Source of the DNA: Clostridiaceae bacterium
Lineage (GTDB): Bacteria > Bacillota > Clostridia > DUPQ01
Assembly: GCA_012729955.1 (NCBI GenBank)
Contig: JAAYBX010000020.1
Coordinates: 88,414-152,413 of the forward strand
Direction of reading: 5' to 3'
Length of the DNA stretch: 64,000 nt
The notes under the pieces are model-generated. The model did not search any database, was not told where the DNA came from, and was given only the letters and a program-made list of their open reading frames with translations. The translations under genes were made by a program, and so were the position numbers. Shown here piece by piece: positions 30,079-40,094 of the stretch; position 1 is the stretch's first letter; the number at the start of each line of letters is the position of its first letter.

Positions 30079-30107
30079 TTGACACTAATAAAGCTATGTG
30101 GTAGACT
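30079..30107 (+). promoter_or_regulatory. Candidate sigma-A promoter for asnA
   Basis: TTGACA (30079-30084), a 17-nt spacer, then TAGACT (30102-30107). Confidence 0.45.
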
Positions 30108-30135
30108 TGAAAGAAATTTTCAAGGCGGTAAAAAG

Positions 30136-31143
30136 ATGAGTTTCACATATATACCACAAGGATATCATTCAAAATTAAATTTATATGAGACACAGATGGC
30201 AATCGGTACATTAAAAAGAATATTTGAGGAAAACCTTTGCAGAGCCCTTAATCTGAAAAGAGTTTCAGCTCCTTTGTTTGTTGATTCAAAATCAGGACTT
30301 AATGATAATCTCAATGGTACAGAAAGGCCGGTTTCATTTGCCACAAAAGAAGGCCAAATTGAAGCAGAAATAGTACACTCATTAGCTAAATGGAAAAGAC
30401 TTGCACTTCACAAATACGGATTTCCAGCTGGTGAAGGTCTATATACTGATATGAACGCGATAAGACGTGATGAAGATATGGATAACATCCACTCAATATA
30501 TGTTGACCAATGGGACTGGGAAAGAGTGATAACAAAGCAAGAACGTACACCTGCTTTCTTAAAGCAGGTAGTCAGTGATATAGTATGTGCGATATGTGAT
30601 ACTTTTGATATGATGCAGGATATATTTCCCTCACTTGATACATCAATTACACGTGATGTTACATTTATTACTTCTCAGGAACTTGAGGATATGTACCCTG
30701 GGCTTACTTCAAAACAAAGAGAAGATAGATTCGTAAAGGAGAATAAGACAGCATTTATAATGCAGATAGGAAAAACTTTAAGGTCCGGACAAAAACATGA
30801 CGGCAGAGCGCCTGACTATGATGACTGGGAGCTTAATGGAGATATTCTTATGTACAATGAGATACTGGATTCCGCACTAGAAATTTCTTCCATGGGTATA
30901 AGGGTTGACAGTGAATCTCTGGCTAAACAACTTAAATTATCTAACTGCGAGAGCAGAAGTACACTCATGTTCCATAAAATGCTTTTAAATAATGAGCTTC
31001 CATTATCAATTGGTGGTGGTATAGGACAGTCCCGCTTATGTATGCTGCTTCTTAAAAAAGCACATATAGGTGAGGTACAGGTCTCAATATGGGATCAGGA
31101 TACTATAGAAGCATGCAAAAATGCTGAAGTTATTCTTCTTTAA
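30136..31143 (+). CDS. asnA: Aspartate--ammonia ligase
   Basis: The start MSFTYIPQGY is preceded by AGGCGG. The class II aaRS-like AsnA pattern includes SIYVDQWDWE and GGGIGQSRLCMLLL. Confidence 0.85.
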   Translation: MSFTYIPQGYHSKLNLYETQMAIGTLKRIFEENLCRALNLKRVSAPLFVDSKSGLNDNLNGTERPVSFATKEGQIEAEIVHSLAKWKRLALHKYGFPAGEGLYTDMNAIRRDEDMDNIHSIYVDQWDWERVITKQERTPAFLKQVVSDIVCAICDTFDMMQDIFPSLDTSITRDVTFITSQELEDMYPGLTSKQREDRFVKENKTAFIMQIGKTLRSGQKHDGRAPDYDDWELNGDILMYNEILDSALEISSMGIRVDSESLAKQLKLSNCESRSTLMFHKMLLNNELPLSIGGGIGQSRLCMLLLKKAHIGEVQVSIWDQDTIEACKNAEVILL

Positions 31144-31193
31144 AATTAATTCACACTGTTATTATATTATTCCGGTATACCAATAACTCGAAT

Positions 31194-33251
31194 TTATACG
31201 CTATACAGCATGTCAGAATATGTAGGCATTGGCCAGTAATTCTTTGATACGACGCACTCAAGCGTATCAGCAAAATATCTTAATTCTTTCATTGCAGGAA
31301 CAACCTTTGTTTTAAAGTCATATGCATCATTTGACTTTTCTGTGAGATTTTCAAGTTTTGAAATGCAATTTGATAGATTGGTTATGTTATCAGAAATATG
31401 TGAAGCAAGTATTTTGTCACTTGATATATCCAAACCTAAATCTTTCTTCATCAATACTGTACTGTATACATTCCTTGCATAATCCATAGCAGCAGGAAGT
31501 ATTTCCCTTTTTGCTATTTCTATCATCGTCCTTGATTCAATAGATATTATCTTACAGTAATTTTCCAGCTTGATTTCATGCCTGGAAACAAGATCGGTCT
31601 TCGAAAAAATTCCAAATCTCTCGAAAAGTTGTACATTTTTCTTATCTATAAGGCAGTCGACAGCTTCTGGCGTGGAATTAAGGATAGGTAATCCTCTTTT
31701 CTTAGCCTCTTCTACCCATTCATTGGAATAATTGTTCCCATTGAAGATTATTCTTCGATGCTTAATAACAGTATCTTTAATGAGTTCATCTACTAATGTG
31801 TCAAAATCATCAGCTTTTTCTAAAATATCAGCAAAATATTTAAAAGAATCTGCAACAATTGTATTTATTACTGTGTTAGCATCAGATACTGAACACGACG
31901 AACCCGGCATACGAAACTCAAATTTATTCCCAGTAAATGCAAAAGGAGAGGTTCTGTTTCTGTCGCATGTATCTTTAAAAAGTACTGGTAACGTTTCACT
32001 CATGTGAAATTTTTCCCTTGTTCTGTCATGTGCTGCTCTGCCATTAAGCATATCCTCAAGTATCTCCGTAAGCTCTGCACCGAGATATACAGATATTATT
32101 CCTGGAGGTGCTTCATGTGATCCTAACCTGTGGTCATTTCCTGCAGTTGCAATACTCTGCCTTAACAATCCGGCATATTCATCCACAGCTCTTAACACAG
32201 CTGCCAGAATTAATAAAAACCTTTTGTTCTGGGAAGGATTTTTACCAGGTTTTAATAGCATATCACCTTCATTCGTCGCAATTGACCAGTTATTGTGTTT
32301 GCCCGACCCATTAATGTTCTCAAAAGGCTTCTCATGAAGAAGACAGGCAAGCCCATGATGTTCAGCAACTTTCTTGAGCATCTCCATAATAAGCTGATTA
32401 TGGTCTGCAGCTATATTTACAGTTGTATAAATTGGAGCAATCTCATGCTGGGCAGGAGCTGCTTCATTATGTTCTGTCTTTGCGGTTATGCCAAGTTTCC
32501 AGAGCTCTACATCGAGCTCTCTCATGAAATTCTGTACTCTCTCACGGATATTTCCGAAATAATGGTCATTCAGTTCCTGTCCTTTTGGTGACTTTGCTCC
32601 AAATAAAGTTCGGCCGCATATGAGCAGGTCTTTCCTTTTATCATATTGTTTCTTATCTATAAGGAAATATTCCTGTTCACATCCTGCAACAGGTGTTACT
32701 CTAGAAGCAGTCGTGTTACCAAATAATCTGACAATTCTTAAAGCCTGCTTATTAAGCGCATCCATTGAACGCAAAAGAGGAGTCTTGTTATCTAAAGGCT
32801 CACCACAGTAAGAACAGAATGCAGTAGGGATGCATAGAGTCTTATCCTTTATGAATGCGTAAGATGTCGCATCCCAGGTAGTATATCCTCTTGCTTCAAA
32901 AGTTGCTCTTAACCCTCCTGATGGGAAACTGGAAGCATCAGGTTCTCCCTTAATCAGTTCTTTGCCACGAAGCTCCATAACAGGAACATTATTACGGATC
33001 ATAAGGAATGAATCATGCTTTTCTGCTGTAATACCTGTCATAGGCTGGAACCAATGGGTATAATGAGTCGCGCCTTTACGTATAGCCCAGTCTTTCATGC
33101 TTGAAGCTACAGTATCAGCTATGCCGTCTTCTAAAGGACCTCCCTGCTCTATCGTTTTTTTAAGCGATTCATATACATAAGCGGGAAGCTCATCCTTCAT
33201 TACTTTATCGTTATACACATTACTTGCAAAGATATCCAGTATTCCTTCCAA
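31194..33251 (-). CDS. glnN: Glutamine synthetase, type III
   Basis: 685 aa. N-terminal [13 protein letters not shown] and central [14 protein letters not shown] blocks are typical of GSIII. TTG start with GGAGGG 6 nt upstream. Confidence 0.8.
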   Translation of the reverse strand: MEGILDIFASNVYNDKVMKDELPAYVYESLKKTIEQGGPLEDGIADTVASSMKDWAIRKGATHYTHWFQPMTGITAEKHDSFLMIRNNVPVMELRGKELIKGEPDASSFPSGGLRATFEARGYTTWDATSYAFIKDKTLCIPTAFCSYCGEPLDNKTPLLRSMDALNKQALRIVRLFGNTTASRVTPVAGCEQEYFLIDKKQYDKRKDLLICGRTLFGAKSPKGQELNDHYFGNIRERVQNFMRELDVELWKLGITAKTEHNEAAPAQHEIAPIYTTVNIAADHNQLIMEMLKKVAEHHGLACLLHEKPFENINGSGKHNNWSIATNEGDMLLKPGKNPSQNKRFLLILAAVLRAVDEYAGLLRQSIATAGNDHRLGSHEAPPGIISVYLGAELTEILEDMLNGRAAHDRTREKFHMSETLPVLFKDTCDRNRTSPFAFTGNKFEFRMPGSSCSVSDANTVINTIVADSFKYFADILEKADDFDTLVDELIKDTVIKHRRIIFNGNNYSNEWVEEAKKRGLPILNSTPEAVDCLIDKKNVQLFERFGIFSKTDLVSRHEIKLENYCKIISIESRTMIEIAKREILPAAMDYARNVYSTVLMKKDLGLDISSDKILASHISDNITNLSNCISKLENLTEKSNDAYDFKTKVVPAMKELRYFADTLECVVSKNYWPMPTYSDMLYSV

Positions 33252-33329
33252 TTATAACCCTCCGTTTAATTTTACTAATTATATAAAACAAATTTATTTA
33301 TTACAATATTTTGTGAAATTATTAATCTA

Positions 33330-34433
33330 TTAATACTCCAGCATCCTCTTACGATAATGCAGATAGTCAGTAAATTCCACTTCTTCCGGTACCCCGTGGT
33401 CGCAAGTCGGAAGATATCCGCCCTGTTTTTTCATAAAAGGCATTATTCTTTCTATTTCCTTATCAATTGCATCTTTCCCAGCAGCCAATATCCTTTTATC
33501 AATACCGCCCGAAATTAAAAGATCAGGGTATTTCTTTCTTACCTCTACTACATCGCATCCGGATGCGACTTCAAATGGAGACATATAATCCATTCCTATT
33601 GATCTATACAAATCTATAACTGCTATGGAATAACCATCTGTATCAAGTTGGAAATGAAGTTTTCTGCCCTTATCCAGCTGTCTCTTCCTTATATTTGCAA
33701 TAAGCTGCTGATAATACGGAAACAGGAATTCTTTAATCATATCAGGTGATATTAATGAACCATGATTATAGCAAATATCCTCTCCGAACCAGACTTCATC
33801 GACAGTAATGTATTTCTGATGCGTTTCACACATTTTATCCATGACTGAAAACCATATTTCCATGCATTTATGAATCAGTTGCGGATCATCATAGAATTTA
33901 TATAGCAGATCTTCAGGTCCAATAAGTGATCTTAAATACATATATCCGCCAGCAATATTGGCACATATAATAAAATTTCGTTCTTGCAAATCAAAAGCCT
34001 TACGCATTCTTGATTCCAGATCTTTATATCTTTTTGGATCATCAGGATTCATCCTCCATAGGATATTTTCTTCCAAAGTCTTCATGTCCTTTACGGGATG
34101 GTCAAGATATGATGGCATAAACCCATTTCTTTTGCCTTTGAAGTACAGAACTTTCCTTCCAGCATTATCCTGCTCTATTTCATATTCATCAGTAACCTGT
34201 AAAACTTTTTTATCAAATAAAGGAAGCAATGGTGCTTCACACCATCCGCACTGTCCTAAATAATGCTTTGCAGCATTATCAAATCCGAATAATGCATCAA
34301 GGTCTGTTTTATCATTAACAAAGCCCTGTGCTTTCCATTTATCCATTACATACCAGCCGAATTCTCTTTGGTAAATAGGGGCATCTTTTTTAAAATTATA
34401 GAAGTCATGCATCTTTTGAACTGAAGGTTCCAT
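33330..34433 (-). CDS. URO-D-family protein, function unknown
   Basis: URO-D-like C-terminal region (QLDTDGY...MSPFEVASGCDV...LISGGID...LPTCDHGVP). I prefer the start MEPSVQK with GGAGGG SD over the ORF-track start at 34505. Confidence 0.65.
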   Translation of the reverse strand: MEPSVQKMHDFYNFKKDAPIYQREFGWYVMDKWKAQGFVNDKTDLDALFGFDNAAKHYLGQCGWCEAPLLPLFDKKVLQVTDEYEIEQDNAGRKVLYFKGKRNGFMPSYLDHPVKDMKTLEENILWRMNPDDPKRYKDLESRMRKAFDLQERNFIICANIAGGYMYLRSLIGPEDLLYKFYDDPQLIHKCMEIWFSVMDKMCETHQKYITVDEVWFGEDICYNHGSLISPDMIKEFLFPYYQQLIANIRKRQLDKGRKLHFQLDTDGYSIAVIDLYRSIGMDYMSPFEVASGCDVVEVRKKYPDLLISGGIDKRILAAGKDAIDKEIERIMPFMKKQGGYLPTCDHGVPEEVEFTDYLHYRKRMLEY

Positions 34434-34564
34434 GTTCCCTCCTACTATAAAATACGTTATAGCCAAGATTATAGCACAAGTAAATAAATACATATATAAT
34501 TTCATTGCCTTATTCGGTTTTTTTATATAGAATTACTTATGTAATAGAAATTTTGGAGGTAAAT

Positions 34565-36052
34565 ATGAATAACGCGCCGAATGTTAAACTTGGTATTGTG
34601 GCAGTAAGCCGTGACTGTTTTCCTGCTCCTTTATCAAAAAGCAGAAGAATAAAGGTTGTTGAAGAATACAGAAAATTGCATAAGGATATATATGAATGCC
34701 CAGTTATGGTTGAAAACGAGAAAGATGCATCGAAAGCTCTTGATGACATCAAAAAGAATGGAATTGACGCTCTTGTAATTTATTTAGGAAATTTCGGTCC
34801 CGAAGGGCCAGAAACGATGCTTGCACAGAAATTCGGAGCACCGGTTATGTTTTGTGCGGCAGCAGAAGAAAATGATACAGATTCGCTAAATGATAACAGA
34901 GGGGATGCTTTCTGCGGTATGCTTAATGCATCATACAATCTCGGACTGAGGAATGTAAAAGCATATATCCCTGCATATCCAGTTGGGTATCCTGAAGAAG
35001 TCGCTCTTATGATTGTAAGATTTGAAACTATCGCACGAATACTGATAGGTATCAGAAACCTGAAAATATTCTCATTTGGTCCAAGGCCATATAATTTTCT
35101 GGCATGCAATGCCCCGATAAAACCTTTGTTTGATCTTGGAGTTGAAATCCAAGAAAACTCGGAACTGGATCTATATGAAGCATATGTGAAGCATGAAAAT
35201 GACAAACGTATACCATCTGTTATTGAAAGCATGAATAAAGAGCTATGCGGCCGTAACAATCATCCTACAGTAATGCAAAGACTTGCCCAATTCGAGTTAA
35301 CGCTTCTTGATTGGAAAGACAATAATCTTGAAGCATCAGAATATGCTGCTTTTGCAGATAAGTGCTGGCCTGCTTTTCAGACAATGTTCAAATTTGTCCC
35401 TTGTTATGTTAATTCCAGAATGGCAGCTATGGGTTATCCTGTTGCATGTGAGACAGACATTTACGGAGCATTATCAGAATATATACTTTATCTTGCTTCA
35501 GAATCCATACCTACTCTTCTTGATATAAATAATACTGTACCAAGAGCAATGTATGAAAAGCATGTTAGATCAAAATATCCATACACAAACGAGGATATAT
35601 TCATGGGATTTCATTGCGGAAACACCTCATCATGTAATTTAAATGCTGGGTGCGGCACTTTAGACTATCAGAAAATTATGAAACGTTTGATAGAACCTGA
35701 TAAAGAGCCTGATGTCAGCAGAGGTACTCTTGACGGAGTTTTGAAGCCAGGAAACATGACCTTGTTCAGATTGCAGTCTACTGCAGATGCAAAGTTAAGA
35801 AGCTATATTGCAAGAGGTGAAATACTTGATGTGGATCCGAATTCCTTTGGAAGCATAGGAGTAATAGCTATACCTGAAATGGCTCGTTTCTATCGCCATG
35901 TATTAATAGAAAAGCAATTCCCTCACCATGCAGGCGTTTCTTTTGATGATGTAAGCTCAATATTGTTTGATACTATGCGTATGCTCAATGTAGATGATAT
36001 CAGTTTCAACAGGCCTGCAGGCATGTTATACTCAACGGAGAACCCATTTTAA
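34565..36052 (+). CDS. L-fucose/L-arabinose isomerase-family protein
   Basis: The start MNNAPNVKLGIVAVSRDCFP is preceded by GGAGG. About 496 aa. The ACETDIYGALS and FHCGN blocks resemble the fucose-isomerase-like fold. Assignment is by eye. Confidence 0.6.
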   Translation: MNNAPNVKLGIVAVSRDCFPAPLSKSRRIKVVEEYRKLHKDIYECPVMVENEKDASKALDDIKKNGIDALVIYLGNFGPEGPETMLAQKFGAPVMFCAAAEENDTDSLNDNRGDAFCGMLNASYNLGLRNVKAYIPAYPVGYPEEVALMIVRFETIARILIGIRNLKIFSFGPRPYNFLACNAPIKPLFDLGVEIQENSELDLYEAYVKHENDKRIPSVIESMNKELCGRNNHPTVMQRLAQFELTLLDWKDNNLEASEYAAFADKCWPAFQTMFKFVPCYVNSRMAAMGYPVACETDIYGALSEYILYLASESIPTLLDINNTVPRAMYEKHVRSKYPYTNEDIFMGFHCGNTSSCNLNAGCGTLDYQKIMKRLIEPDKEPDVSRGTLDGVLKPGNMTLFRLQSTADAKLRSYIARGEILDVDPNSFGSIGVIAIPEMARFYRHVLIEKQFPHHAGVSFDDVSSILFDTMRMLNVDDISFNRPAGMLYSTENPF

Positions 36053-36073
36053 AGAGCAATTTACAATTCCTGC

Positions 36074-37015
36074 TCAAATCAAATATTTAGCTATAAACCC
36101 GGACACTTTTTCATAATAAGTGTCCGGTTCTTTTGCTGAAGACTCGCCGTGTGCCGCATTATGTATGACAAGTTTGTCTTTCTCACAGGATGCATTGCTG
36201 TAAAGCTGATCCAGCATATTAAAAGGGACAAGCTCATCCGCATCACCATGTATAAATAAAGTCGGTGTTTTAGATCTTTTAACTGCATTTAAAGGGCTTG
36301 ATTCCTTGAAATCCATCTTCATCCTTGCTGACGAAATAATGTTAGCGGTGTAAAGTATAGGAAAAGCTGGCAGATTGAACATTCTTTTCATATTATGACG
36401 GAAGACATCCCATGCTGATGTGTAGCCGCAGTCCTCTATTGCACATATTACATGGTCGTTCATATCCTCTCCTGTTGCAAGCAGAACAGTAGCAGCTCCC
36501 ATAGATATGCCATGTAAAACTATTTTTGCTTCTGGATCTGCTTTAATAATCTCATATATCCATTCAATCACATCAACGCTGTCATAATAACCCATAGTGG
36601 CATAAAGTCCTTCACTTTCACCATGTCCCCTTAAATCCGGTATCAATATATTAAATCCCATCTTGGAGTATGCTTTAGCAAATTCAACCATATGCCATCC
36701 TACTGATGTGTATCCATGCACCAGTATTACCCATTTATGTTTTGAATCGCTTTTAATGAATCTTGCTTTGAGGTTGAGGTTATCAAATGTAGAAAGATTC
36801 CAGACTGAATCAGTATTTTCATCTACCCACTTTTTTGATAACTCATGATATTCTTTCATTTTATCACTCATACTCTTATCTTTTTTTCTAAAGACATTCT
36901 TAGCTGATTTAGGAATCATTGTCACATTAAACATGAACAAACCCGCTAAAAATGATAAAATAAAGAATATACTAATAACAATTATTACAACTGATAAAAT
37001 TATTTCAAAACCCAT
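36074..37015 (-). CDS. Membrane-anchored alpha/beta hydrolase
   Basis: N-terminal TM helix, HG oxyanion motif (VHGYTS), nucleophile elbow GISMGA, and C-terminal HGDAD...H. Confidence 0.8.
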   Translation of the reverse strand: MGFEIILSVVIIVISIFFILSFLAGLFMFNVTMIPKSAKNVFRKKDKSMSDKMKEYHELSKKWVDENTDSVWNLSTFDNLNLKARFIKSDSKHKWVILVHGYTSVGWHMVEFAKAYSKMGFNILIPDLRGHGESEGLYATMGYYDSVDVIEWIYEIIKADPEAKIVLHGISMGAATVLLATGEDMNDHVICAIEDCGYTSAWDVFRHNMKRMFNLPAFPILYTANIISSARMKMDFKESSPLNAVKRSKTPTLFIHGDADELVPFNMLDQLYSNASCEKDKLVIHNAAHGESSAKEPDTYYEKVSGFIAKYLI

Positions 37016-37156
37016 TTTGCCCTCCGTTTATAACAGAATTATATCATATGGATTTAAGTAATTTTATTATTTATCGTTAAAGTATAAAATTTTTTGTTAT
37101 TAAACAAGAAATTGCTTTACATTATCATAGATGCTTGTTATACTTCCACTAATATT

Positions 37157-37325
37157 GATAGAGGCGCGGAAGTCATAAGTATCCATTTCGACTGTACAAG
37201 GCGGGATGAAGGATGGAAAAAGGGATAACCGCCGAAGAAGACGTAGCCTTGTATGCGTTTATCTGGTTGATTTGCAAATAGCGGACCAACTGTCACCGTA
37301 ACAAGCGGTGGAGAGCTGTCACTTA
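37157..37325 (+). promoter_or_regulatory. Lysine riboswitch (L-box) aptamer
   Basis: The conserved L-box blocks appear in order: GATAGAGGCGCGGAAG...AGTATCC, AAAGGGATAACCGCCGAAG, CAACTGTCAC, GGTGGAGAGCTGTCAC. It lies upstream of asd-dapA-dapB. Confidence 0.85.
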
Positions 37326-37337
37326 GAAGGTTTAAGT

Positions 37338-37366
37338 AAAGGCTCGCACATGCAGCCTTTTTTTGA
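37338..37366 (+). terminator. Riboswitch expression-platform terminator
   Basis: AAAGGCTCGCA-CA-TGCAGCCTTT hairpin followed by TTTTTG, about 30 nt upstream of the asd start. Confidence 0.7.
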
Positions 37367-37395
37367 TATAATATAACAACAGGTTGGTGAAAATA

Positions 37396-38394
37396 ATGAA
37401 AAAGTACGACTTCGCAATAGTAGGAGCTACAGGAATGGTTGGAAGAACCTTTATAAAGGTTCTCGAAGAAAGAAATCTTCCGATAGGCAGTATCTACTTT
37501 TTTGCTTCAGCAAGATCAGCAGGCAGTTCAATTACATTTTTGGATAAAGAATATTTTGTTGAGGAACTCAATGAGCATTCATTTGACAGGAAGATCGATA
37601 TCGCTTTATTCTCAGCAGGCGGTGATTTAAGTAAAATATATGCTCCTATTGCAAAGCAGCATGGTACTGTAGTAATAGACAACAGCAGCGCCTGGAGAAT
37701 GGACCCATCAGTACCTTTGGTTGTTCCAGAGGTTAATAAGGAAGATATAGAAAAACATAATGGAATTATCGCTAATCCGAACTGCTCTACAATACAGGCT
37801 TTGGTTGCTGTAAAGCCATTACATGATGCCTTTAAGGTTAAGAGAATGATTGTTACTACATTTCAGTCTGTCTCTGGTGCAGGAAAAAGCGGATGCGATG
37901 AATTGGAAGATTCTTTAAGAGGCCTTCCTCCCAAGAAATTCCCTCACGCAATCGCAAATAACTGCATTCCGCACATTGACACATTTTTAGAAAACGGATA
38001 CACAAAAGAAGAAATGAAAATGGTTAACGAAACAAGAAAAATGTTTCATAAAGACGATTTAAGAATCACTTGCACCTGTGTCAGGGTACCGGTTATGAGA
38101 AGTCACAGTGAAACAGTAAATTTGGAATTCGAAAAACAGTATGATCTGAAAGATGTATATGAAATATTAAATAATGCTCCTGGCGTCATGGTTGTTGATG
38201 ATGTTAAAAACGCAAAATATCCATTAGCCACAGAAGCAGCTGATACAGATTCAACATATGTTGGCCGTATAAGAAGAGATGAATCTGTTGAAAACGGATT
38301 GAACATGTGGGTAGTTGCTGACAATGTCAGAAAAGGTGCAGCAACGAATGCTGTCCAGATAGCTGAGGAACTAATTAAGATTTGGGAGAAATAG
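37396..38394 (+). CDS. asd: Aspartate-semialdehyde dehydrogenase
   Basis: MKKYDFAIVGATGMVGR, active-site NPNCSTI, and SVSGAG. Confidence 0.9.
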   Translation: MKKYDFAIVGATGMVGRTFIKVLEERNLPIGSIYFFASARSAGSSITFLDKEYFVEELNEHSFDRKIDIALFSAGGDLSKIYAPIAKQHGTVVIDNSSAWRMDPSVPLVVPEVNKEDIEKHNGIIANPNCSTIQALVAVKPLHDAFKVKRMIVTTFQSVSGAGKSGCDELEDSLRGLPPKKFPHAIANNCIPHIDTFLENGYTKEEMKMVNETRKMFHKDDLRITCTCVRVPVMRSHSETVNLEFEKQYDLKDVYEILNNAPGVMVVDDVKNAKYPLATEAADTDSTYVGRIRRDESVENGLNMWVVADNVRKGAATNAVQIAEELIKIWEK

Positions 38395-38395
38395 A

Positions 38396-39268
38396 ATGTT
38401 ATTCAAAGGTGCTGCAACTGCAGTTATAACGCCATTTAACGAAAAAGGAATAGATTTTGACAACTTCGCTTTACAGCTAGATATTCAGATACAAGCAGGT
38501 ATTGAAGCATTGATAGTCTGCGGGACTACAGGTGAAGCTTCTACAATGAGCGAACAGGAAAGATTTGATGCGATATCTTTTGCTGTAACCAGAACAAAAA
38601 AAAGAGTGCCTGTAATTGCCGGTACCGGATGCAATGATACCATGCACAGCGTTCTGTTTACAAAAGATGCATACAGAGCTGGTGCTGATGCAGTACTTGT
38701 AACTGCTCCTTACTATAACAAAACATCCAAAAGAGGTTTATTAGAACACTTTCGCGTTATATCCTCATCTGTACCTATTCCATTGATAATGTACAATGTG
38801 CCATCAAGGGTAGGTATGAATATAGATCCTGAAATTATGGTGCAGCTTGCAAAAAGCTGTAACATTATTGGTGTCAAAGAATGTAATCTTAACCAGATTG
38901 CAGATATTATCGAGACTGCACCTGATGGTTTTACTGTTTACAGTGGTGATGACTGCATTAATCTGCCTGCCCTGTCATTAGGTGCCATGGGAGTAATATC
39001 TGTACTGTCCAATGTAGTTCCTGCGCATGTAGCAAGAATGAACAGGCTGTTTCTTGAAAACAAAATTGAAGAAAGCCGTGAGCTTTTCTACAGGACGAAG
39101 AATCTAGTCAAATTACTTTTTATCGAAACAAGCCCGATACCTGTAAAAAAAGCAATGCAGTTTTTAGGTTATGATGCAGGTCTTCTTAGACTTCCTTTAG
39201 TGGAGATGGAAGAGAAAAATGCTATACTTCTTAAAGAAGAACTGCTTAAATTAGGAGTCATTAAATGA
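38396..39268 (+). CDS. dapA: 4-hydroxy-tetrahydrodipicolinate synthase
   Basis: GTTGEASTMS, APYYNK, and MYNVPSRVG motifs. 290 aa. Confidence 0.9.
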   Translation: MLFKGAATAVITPFNEKGIDFDNFALQLDIQIQAGIEALIVCGTTGEASTMSEQERFDAISFAVTRTKKRVPVIAGTGCNDTMHSVLFTKDAYRAGADAVLVTAPYYNKTSKRGLLEHFRVISSSVPIPLIMYNVPSRVGMNIDPEIMVQLAKSCNIIGVKECNLNQIADIIETAPDGFTVYSGDDCINLPALSLGAMGVISVLSNVVPAHVARMNRLFLENKIEESRELFYRTKNLVKLLFIETSPIPVKKAMQFLGYDAGLLRLPLVEMEEKNAILLKEELLKLGVIK

Positions 39269-40017
39269 ATATTCTGCTTGTAGGCTGTAATGGGAAAATG
39301 GGAAATACGATATCCAGGATATGTTCTGATAAAGAAGGTATCTTCATAACATGCGGACTGGATATATCAAAAAATGATAATCTTCCCTTCCCTGTTTTCA
39401 CTGACATTAAAGACATACCTTCAACTATATCAATTGATATCGTAATCGATTTTTCACATCCTTTAGGAGTTATAAAGACAGCACAGTTCTGCAGGAATAA
39501 TCACAAACCGCTTGTATATGCCACAACAGGCCTCGACAGAGCCGGAAATGACCTTCTAGATGAGCTAGCAAAGTCTGTGCCTGTTTTCCGATCAGCAAAC
39601 ATGAGCCTTGGGGTAAACCTGATGATTAAGCTGTGCAAACAGGCTGCTGAGTTTTTATGTAATGATTTTGATATCGAAATTATTGAGAAACACCATAATC
39701 AGAAAATTGATGCTCCAAGCGGTACTGCTCTTAAAATTGCCGATGAGATAAATAAGTCTTTAAATAATTCAATGGAATATATTTATGACCGTCATTCAAA
39801 AAGAGAGAAAAGAAATAAGAATGAAATAGGTATACATGCTGTAAGAGGCGGTAATATTGTCGGACAGCATGATGTTATTTTTGCAGGTCTGGATGAGACT
39901 ATTACAATAAGCCATGGAGCATTTTCAAAAGATATTTTCGCACAAGGAGCATTACGAGCTGCACTGTTCATAAAGGACAAGCCTGCTGGGATGTACAGCA
40001 TGGATGACATGATTTAG
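39265..40017 (+). CDS. dapB: 4-hydroxy-tetrahydrodipicolinate reductase
   Basis: LLVGCNGKMG N-terminus and EKHHNQKIDAPSGTA signature. Confidence 0.9.
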   Translation: MNILLVGCNGKMGNTISRICSDKEGIFITCGLDISKNDNLPFPVFTDIKDIPSTISIDIVIDFSHPLGVIKTAQFCRNNHKPLVYATTGLDRAGNDLLDELAKSVPVFRSANMSLGVNLMIKLCKQAAEFLCNDFDIEIIEKHHNQKIDAPSGTALKIADEINKSLNNSMEYIYDRHSKREKRNKNEIGIHAVRGGNIVGQHDVIFAGLDETITISHGAFSKDIFAQGALRAALFIKDKPAGMYSMDDMI

Positions 40018-40032
40018 GTATAAGGATAAATA

Positions 40033-40065
40033 CAAAAAAAGCAGGATTTCCTGCTTTATTTTTTG
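40033..40065. terminator. Bidirectional rho-independent terminator after dapB
   Basis: AAAAAAAGCAGG-ATTT-CCTGCTTTATTTTTTG. Confidence 0.65.
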
Positions 40066-40094
40066 CTTCATCATCAAGAAACAAATTCAGTAAA

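Noticed and set aside
33252-33329. TnrA/GlnR-type box (TGTNA-N7-TNACA) upstream of the type III glutamine synthetase
   Set aside because: Only partial or mis-spaced half-sites are present (for example TCACA-N6-TGTAA in the wrong orientation), with no convincing match.
34434-34505. N-terminal extensions proposed by the ORF track: the 33330-34505 TM-like MKLYMYLFTC..., the 34505 start, the 30079 start, the 41003 start and the 51316 start
   Set aside because: In each case a downstream ATG is preceded by a canonical SD at 5-9 nt and matches where homologues begin. The extended versions lack an SD and overlap neighbouring promoters or genes.
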